Below, one piece after another: positions 57,447-64,000 of a stretch of 64,000 bases of DNA. A program made the translations under genes and the position numbers. The first letter of the stretch is position 1. Each line of letters starts with the position of its first letter. A model generated the notes under the pieces. That model was not told the DNA's origin and ran no database searches. It saw nothing but the letters and a program-made list of their open reading frames with translations. Source of the stretch: Tubulanus polymorphus (lineage: Eukaryota; Animalia; Nemertea); assembly GCF_964204645.1 (NCBI RefSeq), contig NC_134032.1, positions 1,484,416-1,548,415 on the forward strand, read 5' to 3'.

Positions 57447-58178
57447 TATAGTCCCTTTGGTCAGTGGTTATACAACTAGTCGTATATGCGTAACATTTCA
57501 GTTCCGGGGCTCGAACCCGCCACGTCTGGGTCGAAAACCGTATCCACACCAAGCCACGAATCCATGAAATCCGGACGATCTAAATTATTTAAAGATTTAA
57601 GTCTTGGTGGATTCTCGCCTGCCATACGTGGAACCCTCGATTGCCACAATAGCTGTGCGCGGGTATTACCATTTGATCTGAATGAACATGCAATAAAATG
57701 TCTATTTCTGTTGGAGTCACACTAAGGCCAAAAAAAATTGATACCTTGTTTCTCCGCTCTGCTGAGCTTAAATGTTGACCCGGCCGGCCGCCTATCTACC
57801 CTATACATTACTTTTTTTAAAATCGTGATCAATTTTACCATAACAGACCCGGCCGCTATAGAAATGAACTGTTTATAAATTTTATCATATTTTACAAAAA
57901 TGACCCGGCCGCTGCGGAGAAACAAGGTATCATTTTTGTTTAGCCTAAAATATAGTAATTCATTTTCAAATTTAAACACCTACACTCCAGAGTTTAGCCC
58001 TTATGATGCGCTGACTATCAGTAAGGAAGGCGATTGCGTGATGTGAAGGGTTCTGTAGATTCACAGCTGTATAAAAAAATAATCTATTTCCATATGAAAC
58101 TTTACGGGCATTTAAAAATATTTTCCATTTCATACAAATGTCATTGATCTTGATTCTGATTATATATTTCTAAAACAG

Positions 58179-58411
58179 GACTACTCGGTGAATATCTACT
58201 TACGGCAGTCGTGGAATGAACCTCGTCTGCGGTTCAAACCGTTTAACGGCGAGGCCGATCAGATGATTAAACTAGAGGACGGATACTGGAATAAAATCTG
58301 GGTGCCCGACGTGTTCTTCCGCAACGAGAAATCGGCGAGTTTTCATTACGTCACGATTCCCAATCGTCTGCTAAGAGTTTACAGTAATGGTAATATCTGG
58401 TACGCCATGAA
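58179..58411 (+). CDS. LGIC exon (233 nt): loops D, A and E (DYSVNIYLRQSWNEPRL...KIWVPDVFFRNEKSASFHYVTIPNRLLRVYSNGNIWYAMK)
   Basis: aaacag acceptor, AA|gtaagt donor; carries the LRQxWxxPRL and IWxPDxFFxNEK hallmarks; corresponds to ORF-track entry 58188..58415. Confidence 0.97.
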
Positions 58412-58503
58412 GTAAGTAATCCATATTTCTAATTTCGTTGTTGTTCGAAGCTGAACTATAAATAAAACTACTGATAAAGATTATGACACACGGGCTGCTT
58501 ATG

Positions 58504-58620
58504 TACGATTACGATTACGATTACGATTACGATTTTATTTACACTCCAACCATTTCCATGGTATATGGAGGAAAACTATTACACATGTTTATACATGTAG
58601 AAATATTTACAAAACAATGT
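58504..58620 (-). mobile_element. Short 3' tip of the same LINE family as 26806-27153, with (AATCGT)n tail
   Basis: Shares TTACACTCCAACCATTYCCATGGYATATGGAGGAAAA with the copy at ~26830. Confidence 0.75.
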
Positions 58621-58804
58621 CTCACTGCATGCCAGTGGCACCTGGTGGATCCTCAATTGCCAAAAGTGGAATTTTTTTTTACAAGTGCGTTGAAAGTCCC
58701 CATAGACACGTGTTTAACTCACATATTTCCACCTAATGTGGAACTGAAAGGTTGTTACTGTTTCTATCACTTGCGCACTGATTGTTGTTACTGTTATTTT
58801 GTAG

Positions 58805-58887
58805 GGTATCTGTGACTTTGTCCTGTCAGATGAGGCTGCAGAAATATCCGTTAGACACTCAAATATGTCCGATGATGTTAGAATCAT
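58805..58887 (+). CDS. LGIC exon (83 nt): Cys-loop, VSVTLSCQMRLQKYPLDTQICPMMLES
   Basis: ttattttgtag acceptor, T|gtgagt donor; C-x13-C with YPLD; phase 2-1. Confidence 0.97.
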
Positions 58888-58894
58888 GTGAGTA

Positions 58895-59412
58895 TACTAC
58901 ACGTCATCGATATTCGTGTACCGGTGCGTACTACGTCATCGATGTCCGTGTACTAGTGCGTTCATCATCTCGTGTACCAGTGCGCACTACGTCATCGATG
59001 CTCGCGTATCTGTGCGTACTACGACATCGATAGTCGTGTACTAGTGCGTACTACGTCATCGACGCTCGCGTATCTGTGCGTACTACGTCATCGATATTCG
59101 TGTACTAGTGCGTACATCATCTCGTGTACCAGTGCGTACTACGTCATCGGTGCTCGCGTATCTGTGCGTACTACGTCGCCGATAGTCGTGTACCAGTGCG
59201 TACTACGTCATCGATGTCCGTCCGTGTACTAGTGCGTACATCATCTCGTGTACCAGTGCGTTCTACGTCATCGATGCGTACTACGTCGTCGATAGTCGTG
59301 TACCAGTGCGTACTACGTCATCGACGCTCGCGTATCTGTGCGTACTACGTGTACCATTGTTTGCTTCGTTATCGATATCCGTGTACTAATGCGCACTACG
59401 TCATCGATCTCG
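58895..59412. repeat. Modular ~32-bp tandem repeat (GTGCGTACTACGTCATCGA...CGTGTACYA) filling the intron upstream of the duplicated exons
   Basis: Direct reading. Confidence 0.9.
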
Positions 59413-59596
59413 TGTTATAGCGCGTTCATGCAACGGAGAGCGGGTTCAGTGCTCTATGACGTCACAGATGACGTTAGGCCTACGGTCATAATTATGAATA
59501 TGGCCAAAAATCAATAAACTAATCGCCAGTTTAAACCTGGCTCAATAATTCGGCGCATGCGTCGGTTTAAATGTATGAAAGATGCTTCTTTTGTAG

Positions 59597-59731
59597 TCGG
59601 CTATACGATGGAAACTATTATATTTAAATGGCTGCCTAAAGACCCGGTCCAGAAGGAAAGCAACCTTCAAATGCCGCAATATAAATTAATACGTGTCGAA
59701 CAAATGGATTGTTCGCAAAATTACACAACAG
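59597..59731 (+). CDS. LGIC loop B/F/C exon, variant A (135 nt): (F)GYTMETIIFKWLPKDPVQKESNLQMPQYKLIRVEQMDCSQNYTT(G)
   Basis: cttcttttgtag acceptor, G|gtaagc donor, phase 1-1; aligns with GlyR FGYTMNDLIFEW...LPQF...CTKHYNTG. Confidence 0.95.
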
Positions 59732-59799
59732 GTAAGCCTAAAACGCGGACGGCGGTTTCGGGTATGATTCGCTGACGCGGTTTCTCCCTCATTTTGTAG

Positions 59800-59931
59800 T
59801 CGGCCACACAATGGATACGGTAATTTTCAAATGGTTAGAGGGCTCGGTGAAGAAGGAAGAATCTCTTCAAATGCCCCAATTTAGTCTAGTCCGGGTCAAT
59901 ACGATCGATTGTTCGCAGAATTATACGACTG
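59800..59931 (+). CDS. LGIC loop B/F/C exon, variant B (132 nt): (F)GHTMDTVIFKWLEGSVKKEESLQMPQFSLVRVNTIDCSQNYTT(G)
   Basis: tttctccctcattttgtag acceptor, G|gtaaga donor, phase 1-1; paralogous to the exon ending 68 nt upstream; no stops or frameshifts. Confidence 0.93.
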
Positions 59932-60399
59932 GTAAGATAGATATCGCTCGGTGGCGCCACCTGGCCAATTCTAACAGCAACGTTTTTCGCCATCGTATTT
60001 TATCTTATCGATATACGCAGGAGAATGTTATAGCAGCTTTAGAGGCAGCGCCATCTATAGATAACCGCTATTATTACATCTTAGGCTATTTTTTATCGAT
60101 ATTATTTTCCGGGCCTCTCACTTCTCAAGTAAGATGGTATTATAACATGCTTGCTACAGATTCACAAAAATGACCCTCGATATCCGGTTATCTCGTCATC
60201 CCGACCGAGACCCAGTTTTTCAGTATCTTTGCCGGATTAAGCCTATATTCGTAGGAATGCCAAATTACACGTATTTCTGCGAATTAGAACGGATTTAATT
60301 CACACGTACCCCCGACCCGGAAACAACCCTCTCTGACGATACGAAACTTTTCGACGGATGAAGAGAGCGTGAGAAATTATTCCTTTTTTGAAAATCAAG

Positions 60400-60507
60400 G
60401 GGCCGGTTTTATAGATGAGTTTTCACTTTAACGCGGGGGCTAACTCAATTAATTTTCGATAGAGTTAACCCCGGGTTAAAGTCGATACCAGTCTATAAAA
60501 CCGACTC
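60400..60507. mobile_element. MITE family C copy
   Basis: GGGCCGGTTTTATAG...CTATAAAACCGACTC with AAG on both flanks. Confidence 0.65.
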
Positions 60508-63500
60508 AAGGAGTCCACGTATAAAAAAAGCAAGTCCCTTTTCCTGTGACGTCTAATTCGCCTATTCTCCGCGATTTCAAGGTCACGGATGCACCGTTCT
60601 CGACGATGTAAGTGGGAGGCCCGGGATTTAGTTAGTGTATAGACATTTTTACTATCATAGTTATGGTCATGAATGATTATTATCATTATTTGTTTCCACT
60701 AATTCCTATAACGAGTCGATTGGAATGCGCCATTGTATGCCTGGAACACGAAACAGTCGTATTCAACACATATACCACAGCACATCGATTAGAAATATCA
60801 TATAACGATATTTTACTGCAAATGGCTCGTCGAATTTCCGCATACACGAGACCCCACACCCCCCCCCCCCCCTAGAAACTAAACCGCTATAATTACAATC
60901 GATATGTATATAGTATTTAACGTTCAAATTACGTCATCAAATTCTATATCACGTACTCATCGAACCGATACGGGGTCAGACATTTGAGAATAGTTTGTCA
61001 GCTGCTGGCGACACCTACCGGTCGATTCTGGTTTTATTACGCTGTTAGAAGTGGTCGGTGTCGCGTACTACACTAACGCCCCCTAGTGGTTTGCCGCATA
61101 TAACACATTTTTCTCTCGTTTTTTTTTTCGTGTATTTGGCAGTTATAAGTTTTTGCGGTTGATATATTTTCACGGAATGCAACTCACTCACTCACACTTA
61201 CACGGCTGATTGACACACCTTACTAACTCTCCCAATGCCGCCATCTTGTTCGAACGATCTCGCTTGCCACAGAAGACTACTTCAGGTCACGGGTGCATGT
61301 GCATGTTAATCATCTACTTCTTCTTGGAAGCTTAAAATAACGTTAACCCGTCCTATAGCGCATACAGGTTTGTCTGTCAGTGAGGGGGATTTGTCATCCA
61401 ACAAAATAATAAATGTAGATAATGTGACCACTTTTTGAGTGGGAACTGCAAACGCTACTGTGGCAATCGAGGATTCCACTTATGGCTAGAATCCACAGAT
61501 CGGAATCACGAGTTCTATCTATTTTACGTGTCATAATGTATGGATTTGGGGGCCTAAAATTAAGTTCAAAGTTGATCGATAATTTCTACGCAATGTATAT
61601 TGGCTACGTTGGACCGAGTGCTCATCACGCCATCTGGCGGGATAACTAGTTTGGTAGTTCCCGATTTTGGAGATATGCGTCGTGTAAAAGACTAAATCGT
61701 CCATAGTGATTCACTTTACAACGGTTTCCATGATCGGTATTAAGTAATGTAAAGTCCGTAAAATTACCTAGCAATTACTAAACCATTCAACGGTCGGTAT
61801 TTATAACCGTGTTCTAGTGTGTGAAGAGTCAGGCTTATTGCACTCGGTCAGGCTTATGATACCATTAACACGATCATCATTTCATTAGATCACCGATCGA
61901 TAACATTATTGTCACGTGTTGTTGAGTGTAAACACAATTTCAGATGTAGATTTATCGCGCGCGAATTGTTATCGTCGCCGGGGTTGTAACAGGGTCAACT
62001 CTCTGAGCGATCGTTTGATCAAGATGGCCGCCAGGCAGTTAAACGGGAGTTGCTAGAGCACTGTTTCATATCAAATAAACACGGCATCCATTGTTCGCAG
62101 CAACAAGTATTATGAATATAGGGGACTGTGGCAATCGAGGATCCACCAGGGGCGCCAGTGTGAAGTCGAACTTTTGCGGGTAAAATACCCGAACGAGTAT
62201 TATGGAAATTGCTGGATGCCGAAACTTCAAGTGTTTTAAATCCAACTCAAATTATACCGATATATGACCTACTTCCACGGCGCCACCTACCGGGATAACC
62301 GATTACAGCCACTCGAAATGGATAGATTTACGAACTGGAAGTATAAATGAGATTTAGACTAGGTTTAAGAGAGCCACGCGTTGCTTATCGTTTCACCAGT
62401 GAGACCAGTGTCACTAATTCAATCGACGAATATGGAGAAACGACGAAAACGTTAATTACAGAATTCGTTTGAATATAAAGAATAACTCTGTTTCGTGATC
62501 TATTTTTTCTTCTCGGCGAAAAAATAGAATTTCAGATTTTACCACAAATCATTTTCCAACCGTTTCACCGAAAAATAGAATTCCTACACATAATAATTAA
62601 TTCATCCTTTCTCCAGCTTCCTTTCTCTCCTCACGTTACACTTCACACCTACCGCACACACGCACGCGTGCACGCACAATTTGCGTGCACGTGCGTTGTA
62701 TATTCGACACACGCAAATTTAAATCACCGTTAATAGTCCCGCACGCGGTTGGAAGTTCGCCGATAGAGTGCGCCCGCGGCTGGTCCTCAAACCCCCTACC
62801 TCTCTCTTACTGTTACACCTCTTATGTTTGGAAGTCGATGAAAATCCATATCTTATTTTCTCCCATCTATTTGAACCAACCGGCGCATATTTCCGGGGAG
62901 GATCCTAGCTGCCAGTGGCTGAGTGTACGCATATTATATCACTTTAACCAAAAATTCTGGTGTAAATTTAAAAAAAAAATTGTGTGGTGAGGTTTTCTTC
63001 TAAAACCCCGTGTGCGGTGCGCATCGTGCTGCGCGCGACCCCTGCTGGCGACTCTAGGAACTGGTTCCCGGTAGCGGAACTCAACCGCGGGTCAATCACG
63101 CGAACACCTAATATCTATATATATATATATATACTACTACTAATTTGCATATTGGAGGCATATTTTTAAATCGGGTTGTTTTCGTTTTTTCGTTTTTCTC
63201 TCTCTCGCTCGATTCTGCCACGTTGTTGCCTTGCGTTACGGTTCTTCTTGTGTTTATAGGTAAGTATCCAACCCGGCGACCCGCGCGACCTCTCTCGGGG
63301 TTGATGAGTATTACAATTATCATAAATTATCCGAGAAGGGCCGAAACACTCATCCTACCCTCCATCCCTCCCCCTCGCCGTTGTCATGTAACCCATATAT
63401 ACTTATATTATGACCAGCATCCTCCCATATGTTATACCCCCCTAAACTTTAGTTTCTATAGACCAACCTGGCATGCTTGTTCTAGTGTCACATTTGATAT

Positions 63501-64000
63501 CATATAACACACATATATATCTATATTAACATATATTCTAGTGATTTTGAATGATGATTTTGATTTGATATTTTAGAGTATTGTTGATTTACTAACCAAA
63601 TACTGTGAATTGAATTCGAGTTGCGAACAGCAACCAGTCAGATCGGTGCATAAATACACGGTTCCTACATCATCCCTATTTCAAGATCGAATTCAGTAAA
63701 GATTATGAATTCTTAGTTGATGTTGAGTTATTGTTTGTTCTGTTCTGACTGGTTGTTCATCTGTCGGTAGGAACAATATTTACTGCCAGACCTGTCCTAG
63801 TATTACAGTCACACTCTCTACTCGTTCCTGCCGGCGTTTAAAACGTCACTTAATTCTAAATTGGACCCTGAGCATTCACAACTGCAGAACTCTGCAAGGA
63901 GCATTGAAATTAGTGATAGATTTGAAAAATGATCTATGAAAATAGTTTCATGGCGTCTGTAGTTGATTTTAACGTTGTACGATTCCTCTGCCCACCAGCG

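Noticed and set aside
59557-60173. Two separate short genes (ORF track 59557..59775 and 59811..60173) or an assembly duplication
   Set aside because: Similarity is confined to the splice-site-bounded exons, and the copies are too diverged, with synonymous bias, to be an assembly artefact.
63771-63841. Possible next exon after A/B, reading (G)TIFTARPVLVLQSHSLLVPAGV*
   Set aside because: It lacks the second loop C Cys and the pre-M1/M1 motif. A soluble truncated isoform cannot be supported without transcripts; the true next exon is probably beyond the window.

Overview
Eukaryotic (metazoan, invertebrate-like) genomic DNA; nothing here looks prokaryotic, and there are no CRISPR arrays, rRNA genes or intact tRNA genes. 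The first ~47 kb is non-coding and repeat-rich: at least 10 minisatellite arrays, microsatellites, several MITE families, LINE/SINE remnants and a Penelope-type minimal hammerhead ribozyme motif. From 47,407 on the + strand lies the 5' half of a spliced Cys-loop (pentameric) ligand-gated ion channel gene of the glycine-receptor-like anion-channel clade, which I assembled by hand from GT-AG exons with consistent phases. It covers the signal peptide, a charged N-terminal extension, the alpha-1 helix, loops D/A/E, the Cys-loop and loops B/F/C; I found no transmembrane exons in the window. The main result is that the loop B-F-C exon is tandemly duplicated (59597-59731 and 59800-59931, about 64% aa identity, both intact, both phase 1-1, only 68 nt apart). 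This is a candidate mutually exclusive exon switch in the agonist-binding site, positionally equivalent to exon 6 of insect Rdl but in a GlyR-like gene. The same gene also carries a candidate 48-nt cassette exon, a possible 9-nt microexon, a candidate recursive splice site, and co-oriented CTCF-like motifs. Nearly all long ORFs in the supplied track are artefacts of simple repeats.
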